Source of the DNA: an uncultured Candidatus Rokubacteria bacterium
GTDB lineage: Bacteria > Methylomirabilota > Methylomirabilia > Rokubacteriales > DASRDR01
DNA length: 64,000 nt
Direction of reading: 5' to 3'
NCBI GenBank assembly: GCA_963708025.1
Contig: CAVPSB010000014.1
Span: 64,001-128,000 of the forward strand
Below, one piece after another: positions 10,043 through 18,659 of this stretch. The position numbers and the translations under genes were made by a program. The notes beneath the pieces were generated by a model. That model had not been told where the DNA came from and searched no databases. It was given only the letters and a program-made list of their open reading frames with translations. Position 1 is the stretch's first letter, and each line of letters opens with the position of its first letter.

Positions 10043-11302
10043 TCAGCCGGAGCTCGGGCCCAGATCGCGCGCCCCGGCGGCGAGGGGCCGAACGGCGAAG
10101 CCGCCGTGGCGGACCAGCTCGAGGAACGTCGCCTCGTCCATGAGATAGAAGCCGTCCGCTGCCCCCGCCGCGGCCCGCACCGCCTCGACGATCTTGCGGA
10201 TCGTGTCGGACTCGGCCGTGAGCCCGTTGGCGAACAGGTGGTAACGGACCGTGTACTCGTTGCACTTGCGTCCGATCGACACGTGCAGCCGGTTGCCGAC
10301 GAGACGCGGAGGATACACCACGCTCTCTTCGAGGACACCCCGGGTCGCCCGCCCATAGACGATCTGCTGGATGTCTTCGGTCTCGGGAATGCAGAACGCG
10401 CGATCGCCGACGACCGGCTTGTGCGTACTGATCGCGACGCCGGTGGCCCGCGCCACGAAATCCGACAGGCTTTTCAGCCGCGTGAGGTCGATCCCGGTGG
10501 AGATCCCCGCGTGCATTGGCAACGCGACGGCGATCTCCTCCAGCGCGAGGAGTCCCGCGAGCTCGCCGAGCCCGTTGACCGTCGTCTGGAGACCCGTGGC
10601 GCCTCCGAGGGCCGCGGCGACGCCGTTCGCCAGCGCCATCGAGGAGTGGTTGTGACAGTGCACTTGCAGCGGTCGGTCGGTCCAGGTCCTCACCTGCTCG
10701 ATCAGGTAGCGGAGGCCATACGGCGAGATGACGCCCCGCGAGTCGGCGATCGTGTACTCGTCGCACGTCGGCTCGACGGCCTCGATGATCTCTCTGAGGA
10801 ACTCGGGCCGGGTGCGGGTCGCATCCATGGCCATGAAGTTGGTGTGGAGTCCGCGCTCCCTGGCGACGCCGGTGAGGTGGCGGCTCTTGGCGAGGACGTC
10901 CCGGCCGCCGATGCCGGCCGGCAGCGAGCGGTCGTTGACCCATACCAGAATCGTGACGCCCCGCAGACCGATTCGAGCGGCGGTCTGGATCTCCTCCTCG
11001 GTCTTCACGAACGCGCCGACCCGGACCGGAAGCCCCAGGGCGACGACCTGTTCGGCCTCGCGCACGTCCTCGGGAGACGGGCGCGGTGAGTTGCCCAGCA
11101 CCGAGATCTCCGCCACCCCGATCTCGGCCAGCCGCCTGGCGATCTCGAGCTTGTTCTCGCGCGAGATGCTGACGCCGGCCATCTCCTCGCCGTCGCCCTC
11201 GAGCGTGAGATCGTGGATGAACGCGGCACCACGCTGGCCCGGCGGGCCCACCTCGTCGGGCAGCCAGTTGTAGGGACTCCCGTATCTCGCGAACTCGGTC
11301 AC
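10043..11302 (-). CDS. DRE-TIM metallolyase homologue (homocitrate synthase/AksA-like) with a non-canonical active site
   Basis: SPYN N-terminus, KLEIARRL, DATRT, IADSRG, VHCHNH, TTVNGLGE, KPVVGD; no IPMS regulatory domain. Confidence 0.8.
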   Translation of the reverse strand: MTEFARYGSPYNWLPDEVGPPGQRGAAFIHDLTLEGDGEEMAGVSISRENKLEIARRLAEIGVAEISVLGNSPRPSPEDVREAEQVVALGLPVRVGAFVKTEEEIQTAARIGLRGVTILVWVNDRSLPAGIGGRDVLAKSRHLTGVARERGLHTNFMAMDATRTRPEFLREIIEAVEPTCDEYTIADSRGVISPYGLRYLIEQVRTWTDRPLQVHCHNHSSMALANGVAAALGGATGLQTTVNGLGELAGLLALEEIAVALPMHAGISTGIDLTRLKSLSDFVARATGVAISTHKPVVGDRAFCIPETEDIQQIVYGRATRGVLEESVVYPPRLVGNRLHVSIGRKCNEYTVRYHLFANGLTAESDTIRKIVEAVRAAAGAADGFYLMDEATFLELVRHGGFAVRPLAAGARDLGPSSG

Positions 11303-11332
11303 CGATCGATTCCTCGCCCGCGCCCGGCGGTG

Positions 11333-12286
11333 TCAGCGCCCGATCTGTCCGGAATGCGCCATCGCGCCGAGGAGATTCAGGATCAGCCGGCTGGCCAGCA
11401 GGCTCGTCATGTTCTGATGGTCCTTGCCCGGCGCGATCTCGACCATGTCGAAGCCGACGATCCGCCCCTTGGCGGCGATCCCCCGGAGCAGGTTGCTCAC
11501 CTCGTAGTACGTGAGCCCGCCGAACTCGAGCGCGTTGATGCCGGGAGCGATCGCCGGGTCCAGGGCGTCGGTGTCCAGGCTGATGTAGTAGGCGGAGGCG
11601 TCCGGCACCCGCCGGAGGATCTCCTTGACGCCGGCCTCGTGCAGCTCCTCGGCGCGCACCCGGATGCTGCCGAACGCCGCCGCGTCGTCGACCTCCCGCT
11701 GACGGGCGCTGCCCACGCTGCGCAGGCCGATCTGGATCATCGAGGTGACCCAGGGCAGCTCCGACGCCCGGCGCATGGGGCTCGACAGCCCGTCGTGGAT
11801 CCCGTTCACCTCGTCGCGGAAGTCGAGGTGGGCGTCGATGTGGACGACGCAGATCGGCCCCCGGCCTTCGTAGGCGCGGATGATCGGGACCGTGGTCGCG
11901 TGGTCGCCGCCGAGCACGATGGGGACCGCCCCCCGCGCCAGGATCTCCTTCAGCACCGCGGTCCCCATCCGGATGTTGGCGTCGTACTCGCCGGCGGCCT
12001 CGAAGACGTCGCCGCAGTCGGCGATCTGGACCTTCCGGCCCGCGAACAGCTCGGAGCCGAAGTCCATGTCGTAGTGGGTGAGAAAGTTCGGGTAGCGGAG
12101 CGAGGCCTCGCGGATCGCGCTCGGCGCCCAGCTCGAGGGCTGGCGTGACCACTCGAGCGTGTAGGGGACGGTGAACGGGTAGGCGATGATCGCCACGTCG
12201 GCCTGGAGCGCATCCAGGCTGTCGCAGCGGGGCGCGTTGATGAAGCTGGGGCGCCCGATCGGGACCGGCACGGTCTTCGGCTGCAT
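11333..12286 (-). CDS. Ureohydrolase (agmatinase/arginase family)
   Basis: GGDHA, HIDAHLD, SLDTDALDP, GFDMVEIAP. Confidence 0.9.
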   Translation of the reverse strand: MQPKTVPVPIGRPSFINAPRCDSLDALQADVAIIAYPFTVPYTLEWSRQPSSWAPSAIREASLRYPNFLTHYDMDFGSELFAGRKVQIADCGDVFEAAGEYDANIRMGTAVLKEILARGAVPIVLGGDHATTVPIIRAYEGRGPICVVHIDAHLDFRDEVNGIHDGLSSPMRRASELPWVTSMIQIGLRSVGSARQREVDDAAAFGSIRVRAEELHEAGVKEILRRVPDASAYYISLDTDALDPAIAPGINALEFGGLTYYEVSNLLRGIAAKGRIVGFDMVEIAPGKDHQNMTSLLASRLILNLLGAMAHSGQIGR

Positions 12287-12356
12287 GGAACTCGGCTCCT
12301 TTCAGCCGGGCGGGCCGGCATGCCCGCCGCGGGGATCGGCTGACGGCTCGGACGGA

Positions 12357-13982
12357 TCAGGTGCGCCGGAGGCGGAGGTTGAAGTTCCGCACCTCGACGA
12401 ACTGGAGGGGATGCGGCGTCCACTCGACGTACTTCTGGAGCCCGTAGTCGTCGTAGGGCTGGAGCACCACGATCCACGGGTTGTGCTCCAGGAAGATCCG
12501 CGTCATCTTCCGGTACGCCTCGTCCCGGAACTTCTCGTCGATGCTGAAGCGCGCGGCCTCGCCCAGCTCGTCGAACTCGGGGTGTCGCCAGTAGTCCTGC
12601 AGGCCGCCCGGCGCCAGGAGCCGCCACATCATCCCGTCGGGATCCGAGAGCGTGGAGGCGGGGTCCGACCACCACAGCCCCTTGAACGAGCGCTCCCGGT
12701 TCTTCTGGGCCCGCACCGAGTACTCGATCACCTCCACGACGGCGTTGACCCCGATGTCCTTCCACATGGCGGCGATCGCCTCGGACGTCGCCTTCTCGTT
12801 GAGGGTGTAGCCGGACGTCTCGATGTAGACGGGCTCTCCCCGGTACCCGGATTTCTTGAGGCGCTCCCTGGCCTCGCGGGGGTCGTACGGGAGCGGCGGC
12901 AGCGAGGGGTCGTAGTGGTTGTCGCTCTTCAGGATCGGCCCGTTGGGGACGGCGGCCCGTCCCCGCCACAGCTCCTTGACGATCGCCTCACGGTCGACCG
13001 CCAGGGACAGGGCCTGCTTCACGAGCGGGTTGTTGAGCGGGGGCACCTTGGAGTTCACGGCCATCACGTAGAGGACCGACGAGAGGGTGGACACCGATCG
13101 GGTGGTCGGGTGCTGGTTCACGCGATCGAGATGGTCGGGGGGCAGGAGCATCATGAGGTCGATCTCGCCCTTCAGGAGCGCCGCGATGCGGGCGGCCGTC
13201 TCCGGGATCGGGCGGAGGACCACGCGGTCGACATCGGGCCGCCCTCCCCAGTAATCGCCGAACGCGTCCAGGACGGTCCGGTCGTCCTTGGTCCACGACA
13301 CGAAGCGGAGCGGTCCGGTCCCGATCGGCTGGGCGTTGAAGGTCTCGGGTCCCACGCGCTCCACGTACCGCTTCGGCACGATCTGCCCCCCGTAGGCGGC
13401 CAGCCGGGCCGGGAGCAGCGGGTCGGGTTTCTTGGTGTGAACCACGAGGGTGTAAGGATCGGGGACGTCCATCCGGTCGACGGTCGTGTACACCGTGGCG
13501 ACCAGCGTCTTGAAGCTGGGATTGTAGGTCCGGTCGATCGAGAACCGCGCATCCTCGGCGGTGAAGGCATCCCCGTTGTGCCACTTGACGCCCTGGCGCA
13601 GCTTGAACTGCCAGGTCGTCGGGGCGACCCGCTTCCACTCCGTCGCGAGACTGGGATAGAGCTTCCCATCGGGGCGACGGGTGATCAGGGTGTCGAAGAT
13701 GTTGAAGGTCACCCGGATCTCGTTCGACGCCGTGCTGAGGTGGGGGTCGAACCTCGCCACGTCACCCACCTGGGCGAAGGTCACGTCGCGCTTCTGTGTG
13801 GTCTGGGCCGCGCTGCCGCGTGGCGCTACCGCGTCCAGGAGGGCCGTCGCCGGCCCGGTGGCCGCGCCGAGTCCCAGCAGCGTCGCGCGCCGGAGGAACT
13901 CCCGGCGGGGGAGCCCCCCGGCACCCAGGGCTTCCGCGAATCCTTCGGCCTCGGTCTCGGGGATGCGTCGAAGGTCAGCCAT
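12357..13982 (-). CDS. ABC peptide/nickel-type (SBP_bac_5) substrate-binding protein, Tat-exported
   Basis: RREFLRR twin-Arg signal; LRQGVKWHNGDAFTAED, PIGTGP. Confidence 0.9.
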   Translation of the reverse strand: MADLRRIPETEAEGFAEALGAGGLPRREFLRRATLLGLGAATGPATALLDAVAPRGSAAQTTQKRDVTFAQVGDVARFDPHLSTASNEIRVTFNIFDTLITRRPDGKLYPSLATEWKRVAPTTWQFKLRQGVKWHNGDAFTAEDARFSIDRTYNPSFKTLVATVYTTVDRMDVPDPYTLVVHTKKPDPLLPARLAAYGGQIVPKRYVERVGPETFNAQPIGTGPLRFVSWTKDDRTVLDAFGDYWGGRPDVDRVVLRPIPETAARIAALLKGEIDLMMLLPPDHLDRVNQHPTTRSVSTLSSVLYVMAVNSKVPPLNNPLVKQALSLAVDREAIVKELWRGRAAVPNGPILKSDNHYDPSLPPLPYDPREARERLKKSGYRGEPVYIETSGYTLNEKATSEAIAAMWKDIGVNAVVEVIEYSVRAQKNRERSFKGLWWSDPASTLSDPDGMMWRLLAPGGLQDYWRHPEFDELGEAARFSIDEKFRDEAYRKMTRIFLEHNPWIVVLQPYDDYGLQKYVEWTPHPLQFVEVRNFNLRLRRT

Positions 13983-14092
13983 GGCTCAGTCTCCTCCCAC
14001 GGGAAGTCGTCTTCCCATTCTCCTCGTCCCGACTGGCGGCCAGCATATCCCACTCCTGGCACCGCCCGCCACTGCACCGGGCGGCGCGCGCG

Positions 14093-14121
14093 TTGACGCG
14101 GCTCCGGTGCTGGACTACGCT
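14093..14121 (+). promoter_or_regulatory. Putative sigma70 promoter
   Basis: TTGACG-N17-TACGCT, 43 bp upstream of the ATG at 14164. Confidence 0.5.
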
Positions 14122-14163
14122 GGCGTCCGACCCGGCGCGCGCCGGAGAACCGGGGGGCATGCC

Positions 14164-15168
14164 ATGGATGAGCGAGCCTCGCGAAGGGGCGCCGCGACCG
14201 TTCTGGGACTGATTCTCGCGCTCGCGGGGCTCGCGGGCTCACCGGCGGGCGACGTGCGCCCGGCCGCCGCCGCGACGCCGCCCCGGGTCCTGATCGTCGG
14301 GCCACTCGACGGCTACGGCGCGCTGGTGGCCGGCGTCTCGGAGGGGCTCCAGGCGGGCGGCTTCAAGAGCGCGGCCGACATCCAGCTCGACGTGGTGAAC
14401 ACCCGCTCGATGGACGAGGCCCGGGCCGCCATCGCCGGGGCGGTCGGGCGCGGCCTCGACGCCGTCGTCACCGTTTTCGGCCAGGCGACCCAGGCCGCCC
14501 GCGAGGGGGCGCCGGGAGTGCCCATCGTCTTCTGCCCGGTCGCCGATCCCGTCGCGGCCCGGCTGGTGGCCTCGGCCGAGGCTCCCGGAGGGAATCTCAC
14601 GGGTGTCGCCAGCGCCGATGCCGAGGCCAGCCTGCGCCGGCTTCGCGCGTTCCTGCAGGTCGTGCCCGGGCTCCGGCGGCTCGGCGTCCTCTTCGATCCC
14701 GGCTTCCCTCCCGACCGGGTCCAGCTCGCCAACCTGGAGCAGGCCGCGCCGTCTCTCGGGCTGACGATCGCGCGACGCCCGATCGCCGAGGCCGAGGATG
14801 TCCCGCGCGCTCTCGTGGCCCTCGATCAAGAGCACGTCAACGCGGTCTTCGTCCTCCGGGAAGCCTGGCTCCGCCGGTCGGGGACCGAGATCGGCAAGGC
14901 CGCGCTCGCCCACCGGCTGCCGCTCCTGGTCGGCGACCCGGAGCTGGCGATGTTTCCGGGCGTGGTGGCCGCGATCGGGCCGAACCAGGAGCAGATGGGC
15001 CGGATCGCGGGCGAGATGGTGGCGCGGATCCTGAGAGGCGCCCAGCCGGGCAGCCTGCCGGTCGAGCACCCGCCCTTCGATCTGGTCCTCAATCTGAAGT
15101 CGGCGGCGGAGCTCGGTCTCGCCATCCCGGTGGGCGTCATCGCCCGGGCTGCGCGGCTGATCCGCTGA
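14164..15168 (+). CDS. ABC transporter substrate-binding protein (ABC_sub_bind family), orphan
   Basis: Signal peptide; PIVFCPVADPV, PGGNLTGV, RILRGAQPGSLPVE, LVLNLKSA. Confidence 0.85.
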   Translation: MDERASRRGAATVLGLILALAGLAGSPAGDVRPAAAATPPRVLIVGPLDGYGALVAGVSEGLQAGGFKSAADIQLDVVNTRSMDEARAAIAGAVGRGLDAVVTVFGQATQAAREGAPGVPIVFCPVADPVAARLVASAEAPGGNLTGVASADAEASLRRLRAFLQVVPGLRRLGVLFDPGFPPDRVQLANLEQAAPSLGLTIARRPIAEAEDVPRALVALDQEHVNAVFVLREAWLRRSGTEIGKAALAHRLPLLVGDPELAMFPGVVAAIGPNQEQMGRIAGEMVARILRGAQPGSLPVEHPPFDLVLNLKSAAELGLAIPVGVIARAARLIR

Positions 15169-15298
15169 CGAGACCGCCGCCAGGCGGCGCCCGACCTCCA
15201 GCTCCCACCCGGGCCCCCGGTGTCCATCGCCGTGCAGCGGGGTGGCCAGCTCGCCCGTCGCGCGACCCTTCTTTCGGATTGGGCTAAGATACGGCGGG

Positions 15299-15890
15299 AT
15301 GCCGGACGGCCGGGACGAGCAGCCGTGGGAAGTGCTGTCCAAGCGGACGGTCTACCGGGCCGCTTCTCAACGTCGAGCACTGGTCGGTGCGCCTGCCGGA
15401 CGGCAGCGTGATACCCGACTACGAGGTCCTGGACTACCTCGGGGCCGCGGTGGCGATCGTCCCCGTCGGTGACGACGGCCGCGTCCTGCTGATCGACCAC
15501 TACCGGTTCATCACGGGCACCCGCGGCTGGGAGGTGCCGGCCGGCGGGATCGAGGCGGGCGAGTCCGTGGAGGACGCGGCAGCCCGGGAGCTGTACGAGG
15601 AGACGGGCCACCGGGCGTCGGCCTGGCAGCGCCTCGGCGCCTATCACCCGTCGAACGGGTCGAGCAACCAGGTCTTCCACGTCATGCTGGCCCGCCGCCT
15701 CGCCCGCCACTCCGATCCGCTGGACGTGAACGAGACGCTCGGCCTCCGGTGGTTCACGCCGGGGGAGATCCGGCGTCTCGTCGTCGACAACGCGATTCCC
15801 GACGGCCTGACCGTCACCAGCCTGAGCTGGGCGATGGCGGCGGGGCTCATCGGCGAGAAAGGGGAGCGATGGCAGACGACCGACCGCTGA
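15299..15890 (+). CDS. NUDIX hydrolase (ADP-ribose pyrophosphatase-like); frameshift near 15360
   Basis: Nudix box GGIEAGESVEDAAARELYEETG; N-terminus WEVLSKRTVYR lies in another frame. Confidence 0.88.
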
Positions 15891-16702
15891 ACGGCACGGT
15901 GGCGTGGGTGACGGGCTCGTCGCGGGGGCTCGGCCGGGTCATGGCGACGCGCCTCGGCCGGCTCGGCGCCGCCGTGGTCGTGCACGGCACGACGCCGACG
16001 TCGGCCCGCGCCTTCGGCGAGGCCGAGTCGCTCGAGCAGGTGGCCCGCGACGTCGCGGCGGAGACGGGAGGCCGGGTGCTGGCGGTGGCGGCCGACCTGA
16101 CCGATCCGGCCGCGGTGAAGGCCGCGGTCGCCCGGATCCGCGCCGAGCTCGGCCGGATCGACATCCTGGTCAACAACGCCGGTGGCGACATCGGGCCGGC
16201 CGGCGCCACCGGGCCCCGGGGCGGCAAGCCCGAGCGGAACGACTGCGTCTTCATCGCTGTCGAGGACGTGCGGGCGGTGCTCGACCGCAACCTCCTCTCC
16301 TGCATCCTGGTCTGCCGCGAGGTGGCGCCGGAGATGATGGAGCGGCGGTCGGGCCGCATCGTCACCATCGGCAGCGTCGCCGGCCTCGACGGGCGTGCCG
16401 ACGGCGCGATCTATGCCACCGCCAAGGCGGCGGTTCACGAGTACACGCGCTGCCTCGCCGTCCAGCTCCGCCCGTTCAACATTCCCGTCAACTGCGTCGC
16501 GCCCGGCGGCACGATGACGCCCCGCTTCGTGGCCACCGGCCAGGCCCGCCCGGATGTCCTGGCCAAGGGCGAGGTGCTGGAGGGGTACGGCCAGCCGGAG
16601 GACATCGCCGCCGCCGTCGAGTTCTTCGTGACCGAGGCCGGCCGGCACGTCAGCGGGCAGGTCCTGCGCGTGGACGGCGGCGTCCAGACCTGGCCGGCCT
16701 GA
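15869..16702 (+). CDS. Short-chain dehydrogenase/reductase
   Basis: TGSSRGLG, NNAG, YATAK. Confidence 0.92.
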   Translation: MADDRPLNGTVAWVTGSSRGLGRVMATRLGRLGAAVVVHGTTPTSARAFGEAESLEQVARDVAAETGGRVLAVAADLTDPAAVKAAVARIRAELGRIDILVNNAGGDIGPAGATGPRGGKPERNDCVFIAVEDVRAVLDRNLLSCILVCREVAPEMMERRSGRIVTIGSVAGLDGRADGAIYATAKAAVHEYTRCLAVQLRPFNIPVNCVAPGGTMTPRFVATGQARPDVLAKGEVLEGYGQPEDIAAAVEFFVTEAGRHVSGQVLRVDGGVQTWPA

Positions 16703-16712
16703 ATTTTTTGGA

Positions 16713-16773
16713 ACCTCCCGCCTACCCCCCCAGCCCCCCTCCCCCACCCACCGGGGGGGAGGGGGGTGCCGGA
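16713..16773 (+). repeat. Family A repeat, copy 2 (overlaps the 3' end of the methyltransferase)
   Basis: ACCTCCCGCCTACCCCCCCAGCCCCCCTCCCCCACCCACCGGGGGGGAGGGGGG. Confidence 0.9.
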
Positions 16774-17612
16774 ACGACGGGCCGGTCGAAGGCCGCCTGC
16801 ACGACGGCGATCCGGCCTTCTTCCAGGTTCCGGACCTGATTGCGGAACATGGCGGCGAAGTCCTCGCCGAGCAGGAGGTGGAGGCCGAGCGCGGGCGGGC
16901 TCGGCGCGGCCGCCACGGCGGCGACCCGCTGCCGGAACCACTCGACGGCCGCCGCCGTCCCGTCAAGCCAGGCCAGCTCGCGGAAGCCGGCCCGGCCGAT
17001 CAGCGCGCGGACCTCGGCGGGCGGCTGGAGGAAGCTGAGCGAGGGCTGCCGCGCCCACGGCACCGGAAAGTGGGCAGGACCGCCGGGGCCGGCCATGATC
17101 TCGTGGAGGGCCAGGCGGCCGCCGGGCCGCAGCACCCGATGGACCTCGGCGTAGAGGCCGGCCTTGTCGTCGACGTTCATCGAGCTGTGCTGGGTCCAGA
17201 CGAGGTCGAAGCGGCCATCCGGGAACGGCATCGCCAGCGCGTCGCCGTGCTCGAACTGCACCCGGTCGGCGAGGCCGGCGCGCCGGGTCAGGTCGGCGCC
17301 CACCCGGCAGTACGCCTCGGTCAGGTCGAGCACGGTCACGTGGCACTCCAACTCGGCCGCCAGGGTGCGAGCCGGTCCGCCCAGCCCGCCGCCGACGTCG
17401 AGGACCCGTGACCCCGGCGCGACCCCGGCCAGCCGCGCCAGCTCGAGCGTGGCGTCCCGGCCGCGCGTGTGGAACTGATCGACCGGCGCCAGGTCGCCGG
17501 GCGTCAGCCGCTCCGGGTCCTTGCCGGCGGCGCGGAGAGCGGCCAGGATGGCGGCGCCCAGCTCCGGGCGCCGGTAGTGCGCGTTCAGCGCCTCGGCGTA
17601 CTCGCGCGACAC
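16722..17612 (-). CDS. Class I SAM-dependent methyltransferase (sarcosine/dimethylglycine or tocopherol MT-like)
   Basis: DQFHTRG, VLDVGGGLGGPAR, GDALAMPF, RVLRPGG; GTG at 17612. Confidence 0.88.
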   Translation of the reverse strand: MSREYAEALNAHYRRPELGAAILAALRAAGKDPERLTPGDLAPVDQFHTRGRDATLELARLAGVAPGSRVLDVGGGLGGPARTLAAELECHVTVLDLTEAYCRVGADLTRRAGLADRVQFEHGDALAMPFPDGRFDLVWTQHSSMNVDDKAGLYAEVHRVLRPGGRLALHEIMAGPGGPAHFPVPWARQPSLSFLQPPAEVRALIGRAGFRELAWLDGTAAAVEWFRQRVAAVAAAPSPPALGLHLLLGEDFAAMFRNQVRNLEEGRIAVVQAAFDRPVVPAPPSPPVGGGGGLGG

Positions 17613-17626
17613 CGCCCCCTCCGGGC

Positions 17627-18595
17627 TCAGTTCACGACGTTCTGGGGGTGGCCTTCCAGGAAGGCGATGACGTTGTCGACCACGCCCGCGCTGAGGAGGT
17701 CCGTGCCCTCGGGCGTCTGATCGGCGTTGTGCGGGGTGAGCACGACCTGCTCGCAGGCGACGATGGGGTGGCCGGCAGGCAGGGGCTCCCGCTCGTAGAC
17801 GTCGAGGCCGGCGCCGCCGAGCCGGCCGCTCCGGAGCGCGTCCACCAGGGCCGCCTGGTCCACGACGGCGCCCCGCCCCGTGTTGATCAGGATGGCGCCG
17901 GGCTTCATCAGCTGAAGCTCGCGGGCGCCGATGAGCCCGGTGCTCTCGGGGGTGAGCTTGAGGTGGAGGCTCACGACATCGGCCGTGCGTAACAGCTCGT
18001 CCAGTGGCACGAAGCGGATGCCGAGCGCGGCTTCCCGCTCGGGCGTGGGGTGGAAGGTCCAGGCGATCACCTCCATCCCGATGGCCCGGCCGAGCCGGGC
18101 CGTCGCGGCGCCGATGTTGCCGGTCCCCACCACCCCGAGGGTCTTGCCCCGCAGGTAGACGTTGTCGCGCACGGTCCAGCGGCCGGCCTTGAGCTCCGCC
18201 GTGTAGAAGGGGGCGCGCTTGGCGACGGCCAGCATGAGGCCGAGCGCGTGCTCGGCGACGATGGGCGCCGTCTTCCCCGGGACGTTGCACACGACGATGC
18301 CCAGCTCGCGGGCCACGCGGAGATCGAAGGCGTCGGTCCCGATGCCACACACGGTGGCCATCCGGAGCCGCGGCAGCGCCCGCAGCAGCTCGGCTGGCCA
18401 CTTCACGGCGCCCCGGGTGTTCATGAGGCAGACCGCATCCTTCGCGCGGGCGAGCTGCTCGTCGACAGTCTTGGGGCGATCGGTGTAGAGGACGACCTCA
18501 CCGTAGGGCTCGAGCCGATCGAGGTGAAGCGAGCCCTGGACCTGGGGCGGGAAGTCGCCAGGCACGACGATCACGATGCGGTCGCTCACGGTCAT
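17627..18595 (-). CDS. D-isomer specific 2-hydroxyacid dehydrogenase
   Basis: GVVGTGNIG, INTGRG, LDVYEREP, TPHNA. Confidence 0.92.
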   Translation of the reverse strand: MTVSDRIVIVVPGDFPPQVQGSLHLDRLEPYGEVVLYTDRPKTVDEQLARAKDAVCLMNTRGAVKWPAELLRALPRLRMATVCGIGTDAFDLRVARELGIVVCNVPGKTAPIVAEHALGLMLAVAKRAPFYTAELKAGRWTVRDNVYLRGKTLGVVGTGNIGAATARLGRAIGMEVIAWTFHPTPEREAALGIRFVPLDELLRTADVVSLHLKLTPESTGLIGARELQLMKPGAILINTGRGAVVDQAALVDALRSGRLGGAGLDVYEREPLPAGHPIVACEQVVLTPHNADQTPEGTDLLSAGVVDNVIAFLEGHPQNVVN

Positions 18596-18659
18596 GGCAC
18601 CTCCGGTTCCGTGCTACGCTACCGGGGCATTGTAGTCCATCAGAAAGAGGAGCGAGCGC

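Noticed and set aside
10043-11302. Annotating as leuA, nifV or aksA
   Set aside because: The key catalytic Arg, Gln and Glu residues are missing, so a functional symbol is not justified.
7635-12152. 1505-aa ORF and other very long Arg/Pro/Gly-rich or antisense ORFs (e.g. 2308-4956, 18050-20788, 33557-35968)
   Set aside because: Shadow ORFs caused by high GC and stop-codon scarcity. They overlap well-supported genes and have no motifs beyond the real gene segments they include.
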